DNA of 64,000 nucleotides from Lama glama (lineage: Eukaryota): contig CM052817.1 in NCBI GenBank assembly GCA_028534125.1, positions 89,282,001 through 89,346,000 on the forward strand, written 5' to 3'. A model generated the notes under the pieces. That model searched no databases. It was not told the origin of the DNA and worked only from the letters and a program-made list of their open reading frames with translations. Numbering within the stretch: the stretch's first letter is position 1; each line of letters begins with the position of its first letter. Shown piece after piece: positions 1 through 11,185 of the stretch. The translations under genes and the position numbers were made by a program.

Positions 1-1540
1 TAACTAAATATATCCAGTATTTTCTTCTTAGGACACAACAATTTTCCATTTCATGTTAGACTTTTTAACACATCTGAAATGTATTTGTATATGTAATGAG
101 CTAGGCTTCTATTTTCCCTCTTCCATGATGCTAGTCAGTTCTCCCATCATAATTTATTAACAAGTTAATATTTTCTCCATTGACTTGTAATTCCTTCCTC
201 CTTATGATAAAAACATCCATAAATTCATAGGTCTGTCTATGGGTTGGCCATTCTGTTGCACTGGTCAGTGTGAAATAATTAACAGTTCCAGAGGTAGGTA
301 GGGAGAGATTTTATTTGAAAGGATTATTGCAAAAGGAGGGACAAAATGATTACAACAGAGAGAGGACTACTGTAATAGAGAGAACACTCCAGGTGTGAGA
401 TCTGCAAGCATTTCAAAGACAAGGCAGAAGAGGGTTTTTCTTTTATAGAGAGAGTGAGTCAGACTAGAACCAGAGGATGAATGAAAGTGATGTAATTAGT
501 GGATCAGAGAATTTTTTTACCCTCAGCCTATTCACAGAAGGGGCTGTTAATGAGAGGTTATCTACTGGCTCAGGCTGAGGGTGGATCAAAGTTCAGGAAC
601 TTGGCAGAAGCAGAGCAACCTAACCAAAGTCTGGTTATCAAATATTTTGTTCCACCTGATTAGTGGGGGCAAAACTGTTCAGCTATCATTTATATGGCCA
701 AGAAGAGAAATTTGGAGGTTCTGCGTTTGGCCAGTCATGGGTAAACAAGGGGGGTATTCGTGAGTCTGATCTAAGTCACGTGGGGAGGCTTGTCTCCTTT
801 TGCTATGCCATCTCCTGGAACACAAAATGGTAGAGGGATTTCTTTACCATGACTGCTGCCCAGGATTACCATCACATCTGGCAGGGTAGGTTAATCTTTC
901 TTAATTTGTTTTTTAAATTTTCCTAGGTATTATTGATTCTTTTGCCAATTCAAGAATAACAACAATCAGTATAAACATTCATTTTTGTAAAACTGGAATT
1001 GTATTATTTTTATAGACTAATTATAGATTAATTTTATAGTCTATAAAGAAATGGCATTTTCATGCCATTTTCCTCTCCCTATATATATTGTATATATCTT
1101 CACATACTTAGGTTTTTTTTCCTTCAGGAAAAGTAATGGATTTCCTTATGGTCCACTACCATATCTTAAATACATTCTTGGGTACATTAGAGATTTTCAT
1201 TACTCTTAAAAATGGAATACTCATTTTACTATTACCACATGTCTAATTTTTACAAAGAAAATACAGGAAAACTATCAATATATGTATATTGGTTTTAAGT
1301 CCAAAAAACCTGCTAAAGTCATTTGTTAGTTCACAGTCTCCAGATTTTCTTGAATTTTCTGTATATGTATTCATGTCCTCTGCAAAATAACAATGTTCTC
1401 TCTTTCCATTCTTTATTGTTCTGAACTCTCCTTCTAGCACTGGTTTGCACTTCCAGTTATGTGACCCTGAACATAATCAGTGATAAACGACACCTTGTCT
1501 AGTGTCTGAATTTGAGGGGATACTTTACATTTTTACTGGT
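1..1540 (-). mobile_element. Ancient L1 (L1M/L1ME-type) ORF2 remnant, antisense, interrupted by an LTR at about 270-870
   Basis: Degenerate antisense L1 ORF2 tracts on both sides of the LTR, e.g. 'attctgttgcactggtc', 'ttcatgtcctctgcaaaataacaatg', 'acttccagt...gacaccttgtctagtgtctgaattt'. Confidence 0.7.
270..870 (-). mobile_element. Old eutherian ERV solo LTR (MER68/MER77-like; exact family uncertain)
   Basis: Block of about 600 bp starting TGTGA that splits the L1 fossil. It has an antisense polyA-like TTTTATT near 310 and a TATA-like TTTTATA near 443, and resembles recalled LTR consensus. Confidence 0.55.
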
Positions 1541-1601
1541 ATTTCACAGAACACATGTTGTAAAATAACAATTCACCTTAATAAAACGCAGCACTACTTA
1601 C

Positions 1602-1967
1602 ATCTTTGAAACTCACAAATTCTAACAAATACAAGGCAGTTTTTTCTGCTTGTTTACCACAGGTAGGACCCATAGTCTGTACCTACTGACGATATTAGTG
1701 GTGTTTGTATAGCATCACTTTTCACTTAAGGAACAAGCAGATTTATCAAATGCGTATTAACCTTGTCCTGGTTTCAAGGCCAGGTTGTTTGGCTACCTTT
1801 GTTGCAATGATAAAGGTATAAAATTAAGTTTGTAGTTCTAATCAGATATAACATCCCTGGGTTCCTCTGATGCACACATGGTGGTAAGCATAACACCTTG
1901 GCATTATAAAATGTACATTCTTAACCAATCCAATACCAGGAGTAAAAGGAAATCACTGGTGTAGAGT
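1602..1967 (-). pseudogene. Putative fossil exon (366 nt) of hAT-derived pseudogene
   Basis: Strong acceptor tgttttgttctgttttggttttggttccccag| and perfect donor GAT|GTAAGT. Non-repetitive. Broken translation includes ELQT*FYTFIIATK and LEFVSFKD; stops occur in all frames. Confidence 0.45.
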
Positions 1968-2459
1968 CTGGGGAACCAAAACCAAAACAGAACAAAACAA
2001 AACACACACACACAAAAGAAAATTCTGAGCAGAGACCCTATAGAGTCCTGACAAGCTTCAAGAAACGTCTAAACAGGAAAAAAAAAAAAACATGTTTTGT
2101 GGGAAAATAAAGCATAATTTTGACAATCTAAGCTTCTGAGAACTTCAGAAATACAAAACATATACATCCTTGCCTAACTCTGAAGGAAAGTCACATAAAT
2201 AGAAAAATAAGATAAACAAGGCAGGAACACTGGGAATCAGAAAAATAAAAGATTCTGATATGGACAGGAGTAGCGCCCACAGGAAAATGACTTCAGAAAC
2301 GATTTTACCAGCAAATGTATGTGACACTGAGCGCGCCACTCTGAAAGGCAAATCCTGTGGAGCCATAACGGCGGAGTGTAGGGCGGGAGCAGAGATTTCT
2401 CCTGAGTCGGAGAAGAAAGTGGCTCCACACCAAGGACACACTTTGTACATTTACAATGG

Positions 2460-2825
2460 AAGAGGAAGGTAAATACCACATGACTCCACTTATATGTGAA
2501 ATGTAATAAACAAAAGACCCGTGCTCATGAATACACAGAACAGATCGGTGGTTGCCTGGCAGGAGTGGGGAAGAACGGCTGAAGGCTGTGAAAAGGTACA
2601 CACTTCCAGTTACAAAATGAACAGATCATGGCAATGTAATGTGTAGCATGGTGATTACAGTGAATAATACTGTATTGCATATTTGAAAGTAGCTAGGAGA
2701 GTGGATCTTCAACGTGCTCATTATAAGAAAAAATGTGTAACAATGTGTGGTGACATATTAGTTGAACTTACTGTGATCATTTTGCAATTTATACAAGTAT
2801 GGAATCATTACACTGTATACCTAGG
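2460..2825 (+). mobile_element. L1MA9-like L1 3' end
   Basis: Characteristic 3' UTR: 'acttccagttacaaaatgaacag...gtgaataatactgtattgcatatttgaaagtagctaggagagtggatctt'. Confidence 0.8.
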
Positions 2826-3974
2826 AAAACCAAAAAAAACAGAGGAGGGACCCCTTGGAGCACAAAGGTGAGGGTATTACGACCTGCTCCTCCTAATAGC
2901 CTGGAGGTATATACCTCATTTAAACATGGGAAACGAGAGGGTTTTGTTTAAGCTCACACCAATTATGAGATAAAAAGTGATGAAACAATGTTTAAGAGAA
3001 AATGAGAACACCCCATTAAAATGTAGCAACAAAGCAGGAGAATGTGCAATAATCTAATTTTTCAAAGTAAACTAAAGGTTTAACAAAATGGTGACAGCTT
3101 TAAAGGGACAACACAAATCAGAAATAAAATACAAACTAACATGGCAGAACTTAAAAACAAACACAGATCACATCCATAAGTGCAAATGAGCTTGAATTTG
3201 ACATTGTTAGGACGTGAGAGGATTTAGATGAGCCTCACTTTCAGGAACACCAAGAAAAAAGTCATGATAATATAAAAATTATGATTATCTATAGAAATAT
3301 AAAGAGTGGTTGATGCAAAAAAAAAGCAAACAATTTCTTAAGAGTGGAACCCTATGATAAGCTGCAAGACACATTAATTGCTGTGAGCAAACAAAAAGTT
3401 TAAGCAGGGGTAGATGGAGGTGAAAGTCAGAGCAGAAAGCAGGCAGCTGAGCTATTACTGATACGGGGTATGACAGGTGGGACCCACTCAAGACTAAAAG
3501 AATTCCAACTGCAAGATGAGTTTATTCGAGAAACCATCCTCCTCTTCCCTACCCCTTTAAAATGTCCTACGTTGTATTTTAACAGTTTAACAAACAGTAA
3601 TTAATATTTTTGAAAAGGAAATACATTTGTCACCAATTGCCTTCAAAATCTATGAAGTAACTTTCCATTACCAAGTGTTAGGAATACAGTAATGTTGCAG
3701 AAATTAATACATTCTGGTTCATTATGTCTATCATATACATGATCATAACATGTTATCATATATTATATATATATATATACACACACACTCGCATTCTGTA
3801 TGTAATATATATATATGCACACAGACATGCACACTCACATTCACATATGAGGCAAATTACGTGGCCTTATTCTTTTACCAGATAACATTATCCCCAAATT
3901 CATCAATTAAAAGTAAACTTCAAAATGCAGGAATATGCTCTGTCAAAGTTTTTCTCTCTCCATATATAAATTGA

Positions 3975-4620
3975 AGAAATTTATTCAATCCTTCCCATGT
4001 GCCAAACACAGTGCTAGTGTCAGAAATAAACAAGGTGAATAATAATGGTCTTTATCTTCAAAAAGCCTGCAGTTGGAGCGAATCAGATATGAGGATGGTA
4101 ATGATCCTACCTTATGGCAAATGCAGTGATAGAGCTTGCCCTAATGATTATTTGAACCCAGAAAAGTTTTCTATTTTTAATCCCATTCTTAAGTTGTTGT
4201 GGTTTTTTTTTCAATTTTTTTATGGGGGTGGTGGGATTAGGCTTATTTATTTATTTTCTTCAGTGGAGGTACTGGGGATTGAACCGGACCTCATGCATGT
4301 TAAGCATGCACTCTACCACTTGAGCTATACCCTCCCCACTATTTTTAATCTTATTCTTAATGATAAATGCTTTCAAATGGTTAAGAAAAGCTCTCTGGAA
4401 TAGAGAAGATCTGAATCTTAAAGGTCAAGAAGGGTCTATCAAGCAAGGGAGGATAGTGAAAGAACTGCAGGCTGAGGGAACAGCAAGAACAGAATGGGAG
4501 ACACAGAGAACAAGACGTGCTCAGAGAAATAAGCAGGTCAGCACTGCTGGTGCATGCGTTTTCTGCTGTGGGGTGGTAGTTACACGTGTGTTACAATCAG
4601 TGGTGGTGAAAAGATTTGGA
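3975..4620 (-). mobile_element. L2 3' fragment, antisense, interrupted by a SINE
   Basis: 'atttattcaat...atgtgccaaacacagtgctag' and 'gcaggctgagggaacagcaagaacaga' match typical antisense L2. Confidence 0.6.
4193..4337 (-). mobile_element. Camelid tRNA-derived SINE (Vic-1 type)
   Basis: Reverse complement reads GGGGAGGGTATAGCTCAAGTGGTAGAGTGCATGCTTAACATGCATGAGGTCCGGTTCAATCCCCAGTACCTCC (A and B boxes), followed by an A-rich tail. Flanking direct repeat ctatttttaatc(cc/tt)attcttaa. Confidence 0.9.
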
Positions 4621-5665
4621 GAGATTTCAAAGTTGAAATCAAAAGGAGAAACAGATGAATGAATTCAAAGCAACAGAACTTTATATTGTAAGTAGCCTTA
4701 ATCGAATATGGTTTGTTGAATTACCAACCTCCCCCCCGCCTGATAAATGAATTATATTTCCCTAAATGACAAAATAAAAGGTCAATAATTATGTCATTAG
4801 TTACAAAATAACTAAATAAATGGCACTCTTATTATTTTTTTAATCCACTGCTCTAGTGTAGGTATGAGAGCATGATCTGAGGAATATACAACTAAAAGAA
4901 TAAAACAAAGGAATTAGAAGACTGGGGCATAAATGCAACTTAGACTTGATGAGAATTTATTCTAGAACTGTCTCCAGTGGGACAAATTTAAGAACAGTGA
5001 TTGTGAACTGAGGATGGAGGAAGAATCAGAGAAGAACTCAAGCTTCTAATTTTAGGACTCGAAGTGGAGAGCTGAGAGATTGGTATAGAAAGTAAATCAA
5101 ATATTGAAATGTGAACACTAAACAATATAATATACTAGAAAGTGATGTTGAAATGGAGCTAATCTTGTTTGACAGTTTAAGGTAAACAGTGATTACAATA
5201 AGCAAAAAGCATTCCGTCAATGTTGTTTGCTTTGACAAAGCCGGCTGACAAATTTCCAAAAGATTAAGGTTATTGTTGGTACTCTATTATTCTCAGGTGA
5301 TGGGAGGTAGAAAGGACTAATTTTAAGCAATCATTATCACCGCAGATACATTCCCTGGGAAATTTACTCAACATGCTCATTTCAAACAAAATGTTCTGCA
5401 GTGTTCACTATGTAAAAGACAGTTTAAATCATGTGGTAGCGACAGAGGAGGATAGCAGATATGAGCCTAAATAAATTTAAACAGCTTTGAATGAAACAAA
5501 ATTAAAAGTTAACTAGAATTCCTTGCCTGAAGTCTAAACTTCTACTCAATGTGTCTGCTGCACATCTGGTTTCCTCCTTACAATTTCCCAGTGATCAGCA
5601 GCCAGGCAGCACTGCGTGAAGCTGTGCTTTAAGAAATCCTTGAGCATCCTTCATGTCTCCATTAC

Positions 5666-6390
5666 CTGGAGCAGTCCTCCTCATTTTGCTGGAAGAAAAT
5701 GCTCCAGTTCCTTGGGTACCTTCACAGAGATGGCAGAGGGGCGAGAAAGACAAGTCTCCTAGAGGCAGAGATGGGAGTGCTGCCAGCAGAACAGGCCCTG
5801 AGCTCATTCCACCAAGCTGCTGCCTTGTCTCCCTTTGGGTGCCCATCAGATGCAATCCAGGTTGGGGCATCAAGGCTTTGGAGACATAGTGCTCCCTCTA
5901 ACAAAGCACTTTTGGGTGAAGAAATAAAGCTCCGCATTTTAAGGAATAATGTGGGTCTTCTCTCCATTTTTTTCTGTAGCTCAGAAGTTAAACTTAGGCC
6001 TTCACTACTAAAGAAAGCTATCCAAGAGGAAACAACTGCACTATGATTAAAAATGGATGTTAAAGGTGGAGGGTACAGCTCAAGTGGTGGAGTGCATGCT
6101 TAGCATGCACCAGGCCCTGCATCCAATCCCCAGTACTTCCTCTAGAAATTAATAAACCTAATTACCTCCCCCCAAAATTAAAAAAAAATTAAATAATAAT
6201 AAATGAATAAAATGTTAAAAAATGAGTTAAAGCAGCTTAAAAATAATGAATGTTAAAATAGCAACCAATCAACAACCAAAAAACCACAGAAAATAAACAA
6301 TAGCTTTCACTAGTCATCCCCGTCTTTACACGATAAGGCCACAGAACTGACACTGTTTTCACAAGAAGACTTTTTTTTTGTTTCCACTAA
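5666..6390 (-). pseudogene. Putative fossil exon encoding the hAT catalytic-core-like region, disrupted by a SINE
   Basis: Donor CAG|GTAATG at 5666/5665. Broken translation: KQCQFCGLIV (around 6329-6358), NGE..TLFLK..EL (about 5928-5970), LQSLDAPTWIASDG, ELRAC and VLLAALPSLP. The 5' boundary is uncertain because a MIR abuts it. Confidence 0.5.
6065..6240 (+). mobile_element. Camelid tRNA-derived SINE (Vic-1 type)
   Basis: GGTGGAGGGTACAGCTCAAGTGGTGGAGTGCATGCTTAGCATGCACCAGGCCCTGCATCCAATCCCCAGTACTTCC, followed by aataaacctaattacctcccccc and an A-rich tail. Confidence 0.9.
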
Positions 6391-6580
6391 TACTTATTAA
6401 GCATGAACTTTTGTACCAGGAATTGCACAGAACATCTTCATGCTGTCTTGCTTTAGCAACAACAATCTGGGGGTAGAATTCTGCTTAGGAGGCTCAAAAG
6501 GGTTAAGAGCTTTGTTCATGATCGCCACTTAGCTGCAGAGAATGAATCTGAATTCACGGCTATTGACTGTGACCCTGTGC
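6388..6580 (-). mobile_element. MIR fragment
   Basis: 'aatacttattaagc...gtaccagg' and 'gaggctcaaaagggttaagagctttgttcatgatc' resemble the antisense MIR core. Confidence 0.55.
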
Positions 6581-6637
6581 AGATACACCTGTGTGCCCCA
6601 GCCTCAAAGTATGCTAACCTCACTTGGTCTTTGTCAC

Positions 6638-6690
6638 CTGTCACATCCTGACAGCATCCTCATGGCCTGGGTTGGACCCATGAGAAATCT
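6638..6690 (-). pseudogene. Putative small fossil exon (53 nt)
   Basis: Acceptor ctcctgtgctcag| and donor CAG|GTGACA. Translation ends GHEDAVRM*Q, reminiscent of the ...VRDMQ stretch I recall in C17orf113. Confidence 0.35.
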
Positions 6691-7654
6691 CTGAGCACAG
6701 GAGGGTTTTGGAAGCTGAGTGGTGAGTGTAATGGAGATGGCTCCCTGCTTAAACACAACTCATACACATGTACAGGTACATTCACATTCACACTCAACCC
6801 AGTGAAACTTCCCAAGGCCCAAGAGAACAAGGGTCATCGCTGTAAAGACAATCTAGCCACATGAAGATGTTTTAAATATCTCTTTTAAATGGATATAAAT
6901 CCAGTGACTCAGGTTTCCCTTAAAGCTACTACTTTAAAAATAGATTCTAAACATTTACTGATACACTCTTGGTTTAATGCGCCTCCAAAATAGTCTTCAA
7001 AGTAATTGAAACTAATGTGCTCATTCCATGGTATATGGCTTGACCGACAGAGCATGGGTTCTGAAAAAGCTATGTGATGAAATTCTCTAAGAAGGCATGG
7101 GGACAGGGAGACAGTAACTAGTAGAAAAAAAAGACAGACCAATAAATATTCCACATAAATACGTTTAACATATTAAAAGCTGTACAACAATGTAACACCC
7201 ATTAAGTGGTAATTTCAGATGATTCGATACTCAAGATCTTTTATAGATATTTCACTGCCAGGTAATCAATATGCTTCTTAAACTATTCCAGTGCATAAAA
7301 GAGAGTTTCTAATAAATTTTAATTCCTTTAGCCACTACAATGCAAATAAAACAATGAAATATCTCAAAATAAAAATTTGTAACTCAATCCTGCACAACAG
7401 TCTTAATTTCAAATACTTAAGTAAAATATTAAAGTTCCTTTCAGTTCTCATTTTTTATTCTCAACATCAGATGCTGCTTCAAAAATAGTAGTCATTTACC
7501 CTTTCACTCTCATACACAAACACATATTTATGTAAAATAATTGCTGTACTTGAAGAGAATAAAAACTGGGTAATTTAGGAGTCAAAGCAGTATTATTATG
7601 ACTTGCCATCAGTAGAGAAGCATATGCTGGCCTAAGATCCTAAAGGAATTAACA

Positions 7655-7737
7655 TTTTCCTTCTCTTTCTTTTCTCCCTCCCTCCCCCTCCTTCCTTCCT
7701 TTCCTCTTTCTCTCCCTCTTTCTTTTTCTTTCTTTCC
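7655..7737. repeat. CT-rich low-complexity tract
   Basis: ttttccttctctttctttttctccctccctccccctcccttccttcc... Confidence 0.85.
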
Positions 7738-7784
7738 CAAGAGCTATAATATTCTATTCAAAATATTTCAGAGATTAAATATAC

Positions 7785-8322
7785 CTGTTTTTAACTATAT
7801 CTTCAATCCAAGTTTGTAGCTGGATGTTAATATATAAGAAATGCAACATATCTTTCATAATATCAATTTAATACTTTGTAAACAGCTGGGACTTTCTTCC
7901 AGGAGATTTTATACAGCAAGAGGCAAACACCTTCTTCCAGGAGATTTTATACAGCAAGAGGCAAACACCTAATTCTCCACTCAAAGCCTACAGAAACTCA
8001 GCTTGGCTTTCTAATAACTTCCTGTTCCTTGCTTTGATTTTTTTGAACTGTTTCTTTAACCTTTTCTGAACTACATCCAATTTCTAGAAATATAGTTTGT
8101 CTCCACAATGGAGAAGGGTACAGACTGAACCTTTTTCTGCAAATAGCACAGCATGCCTTTCCCAATTTCTAGCCAGCTGCACCTGCCACCCAGTCTCTTG
8201 CTGCTACTGTTCATGCCTGTGCAGCTATGCCACGTGGTTCCAAAATTCCCATCCTCCTCAGCGTGCTGGCATCCCACAATGAAAACACAAGTTTTCTTTT
8301 GATCAGTAGGCAGTGACTATTT
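7785..8322 (-). pseudogene. Putative fossil exon with TTF-type zinc-finger-like remnant
   Basis: Acceptor tttgccttcag| at 8322 and donor CAG|GTATAT at 7785. Frameshifted reading: RDWV/RCSWLEIGKGMLC/AICRK (8131-8197), KLDVVQK (8062-8083), KSKQ/QEVIRK (8007-8040). Confidence 0.5.
7894..7970. repeat. Perfect tandem duplication, 2 x 38 bp
   Basis: ttcttccaggagattttatacagcaagaggcaaacacc at 7894-7931 and 7932-7969. Confidence 0.95.
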
Positions 8323-9212
8323 CTGAAGGCAAATCCGAGTTTACTAAATAATTTGTTCCTAACCAGAGTAAGACACTACATTACATGTTGGTAGACAAGT
8401 CATTTAAATCAAATCACCTTTTCAGATATACCCGAAATAGTTTGGAATACTGATTAGCAAGGATCCCAGAAAATAAACATGTTATGGAAAGCAAATGGAA
8501 ATTTTAAGAATACAAAATAATTTAATTCTTCCTCAAATAAAATAGCCTTCATATTATTATATAAGGAAAGTATAACCTTATTCATAGTCTCAAAACAAAC
8601 TTGCCTAATGTGGAGTGGTGTGATCTGAGACAGGCTTAAAAGCCTATCTATTCCCTAAATATGCACACCATCTATGGCAAAGCAGACACTCTCATTTCTT
8701 GAAAAAAATTATCATCTCCTTAAGGCTCTTATGCAATGCTTATCTTCTACTGATTACATTATGCAATGGGAAGATACTAATACGATAGCAAGTCTCACTC
8801 CCTTTCAAGCTTGGCCCCTTGATCTTCATTATCACCACCCTAGACTCCAGCCAACCTGTATTACTATTTCTCAAGCATATGTACATTTCTGTTTCCCTGC
8901 CTATTTTTACAGAAAAGCTGACAACCTTTAACATGGATTCATCCACATTCAACAAATATTTATTTAGTCACTATTATACATCAATAGTTTAATTGATTGT
9001 TAGGAAGACAAGGAGAGAGAGAAAAAACAGTGTTTGTTCTCATGGAGCTCACCATCAAAAATATCTAAGATTCTGCTTGTCCTCTATGTATCTGCTCAAA
9101 AGTCTCTGGCCATCTTTCAGGGTTAGTCACTGATTTTAAGGACTTCAATATACTAAAATTTCATGTCATTTCAAGATGTAAACTACTGGTAGTTATGATG
9201 AGATATGGTTAC

Positions 9213-9356
9213 CTCAGGCATCACTCGGTAGCTTCGTGGGCTTTTCTTTGATTCTTTCTCCAGCGGTTCAGTTGTCCCAAGTCCATTACTGATACCCTCA
9301 CCCAAGTCCCCTGTTCTCTTTTTATCATACAACCCCGATACTACTACATCTATCTC
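9213..9356 (-). other. Candidate 144-nt exon with open phase 0-0 frame
   Basis: Acceptor cattttctttag| and donor GAG|GTAACC. Reads EIDVVVSGLYDKKRTGDLGEGISNGLGTTEPLEKESKKSPRSYRVMPE with no stop; several CpGs are retained. Confidence 0.55.
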
Positions 9357-10227
9357 CTAAAGAAAATGCTGAGCAAAGATGAGTTGTATGTAGCTTTCTG
9401 AAGCTCAACTTCTCTTCTGGAGAAGATAATAGATATGAATGTAGACAGAATCATCCCACCAAGTTTATGTAAAAAGAAAGCCCAACTGGCCAGAGATGAG
9501 GAGCTGTCCAGAAGCAAAATCCTGAATGCTAGGGAGCTAGGCACTGAAAGAAAGTACTAGAACAGACATGGCTAGCATCCAGTGTCTAGAGGGTCATAGA
9601 CAAGGATGAACTCAAGTTACAAGAAGCAGAAAGATCACTGAAAGCTAATAATTTATATATTCATGAATATGTAGTTTATATTTTGTACATAAGTTTATTC
9701 ACAGTTCTTTCAATCTCTACCAACAGTCTATTTATTGTCTTTCCAGAACTTCTCCCACAGCATGGCCCCAAAGCCCATAATAGGTCCTTGTTATGGAAAG
9801 ACTCCAGATTCAAGGGATTGGGGAAAATTGATGCTGGGAACACTAGAGTCACACTTCATAGGGATGTATCCTGAGATGTGAGAAATCTTTGGCCAGAACA
9901 GTTCAACTGGAGTATTTATGCAAAAGCTTGATAGGAATCAGTTTCCCCGATATGTTAAGAGAAGAACTGGAGTTAGCAAAGGAAAAAAAATGAAGTTAGC
10001 AAATGAAGATTCCTCATTTACAGAGTTATGCTGATAAGGAAATGTAAAGCTAGCTAGACAACTGAGGTCACGAAAAGTGTTTCTTTTGTTTTGCATTTTG
10101 TTTAATAAGGAAAATAACAGCATATTTGCAAGATCATGCAAAAATAGTTAAGTGGAAAAGGAAAACTAGATGATGCAAAAGAAAAAAGGGAAAATTTCCT
10201 GAGTAATATCTTTATATAAGAATATGC

Positions 10228-11175
10228 TCAGAAGACCTAAACAAGCAATTCTCCAGTGAAGACATACAAATGGCCAAGAGGCACACGAAAAAATGTTCAT
10301 TATCACTAATTATCAGAGAAATGCAAATCAAAACTACAATGAAGTATCACCTCACACCAGTCAGAATTGCCATCATTCAGAAGTCCACAAATGATAAATG
10401 CTGGAGAGGGTGGGGAGAAAATGGAACCCTTCTGCACTGCTGGTGGGAAAGTAGTTTGGTTCAGCCATTATGGAAACCAGTATGGAGATTCCTCAAAAGA
10501 CTAAAAACAGACTTACCATACGATCCAGTAATCCCACCCCTGAGCATATATTCAGAGAAAAATCTAACTCAAAAAGACACACGCACCTCAGTGTTCATAG
10601 CAGCACTATATACAACAGCCAAGACATGGAAACAACGTAAGTGGCCATTGACAGATGACTGGATAAAGAGGTTGTGCTATATTTATACAATGGAATTCTC
10701 AGCGATTAGAAAGAATAAAATAATGCCATTTGCAGCAACACGGATGGACCTGGAGAATGTCATTCTAAGTGAAGTAAGCCAGAATGAGAAAGAAAAATAC
10801 CATATGATATCACTTATATCATCACTTATGTGTGTAATCTAAACAAACAAACCTATTTACAAAACAGATAACAGACTCACAGACACAGAAAACAAACTTA
10901 TGGTTACTAGGGGAGAAGGGGTGGGAAGGGATAAACTGGGAGTTTGAGATTTGCAGATACCAACTACTATATATAAAATAAACAAGTTTATACTGTATAG
11001 CACAGGGAACTATATTCAATATCTTGTAGTAACTTATGGTTAAAAAGAATATGAAAATGAATATGTATATGTTCATGTATGACTGGAGCATTATGCTGTA
11101 CACCAGAAATTGACACAACATTGTAAACTGACTATACTGAAATAAAAACATATATATATACAAAATTTAAAAAAA
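10228..11175 (+). mobile_element. 5'-truncated young camelid L1 (ORF2 C-terminus, 3' UTR, polyA)
   Basis: ORF 10270-10842 is the L1 ORF2 C-terminus ([22 protein letters not shown]...[21 protein letters not shown]). It has the camelid-type 3' UTR and an A tail, and the TSD AAGAATATGC at 10218-10227 and 11176-11185. Confidence 0.95.
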
Positions 11176-11185
11176 AAGAATATGC

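Noticed and set aside
4262..4337. tRNA gene (also 6065-6140)
   Set aside because: The tRNA-like heads carry SINE tails and belong to the camelid SINE; they are not tRNA genes.
7894..7970. CRISPR-like or prokaryotic repeat system (also 55663-55746)
   Set aside because: Two-copy spacerless duplications in mammalian DNA; there is no array structure.
10270..10842. 190-aa ORF as a host gene
   Set aside because: It is the C-terminus of L1 ORF2 in a 5'-truncated insertion with TSD and polyA.
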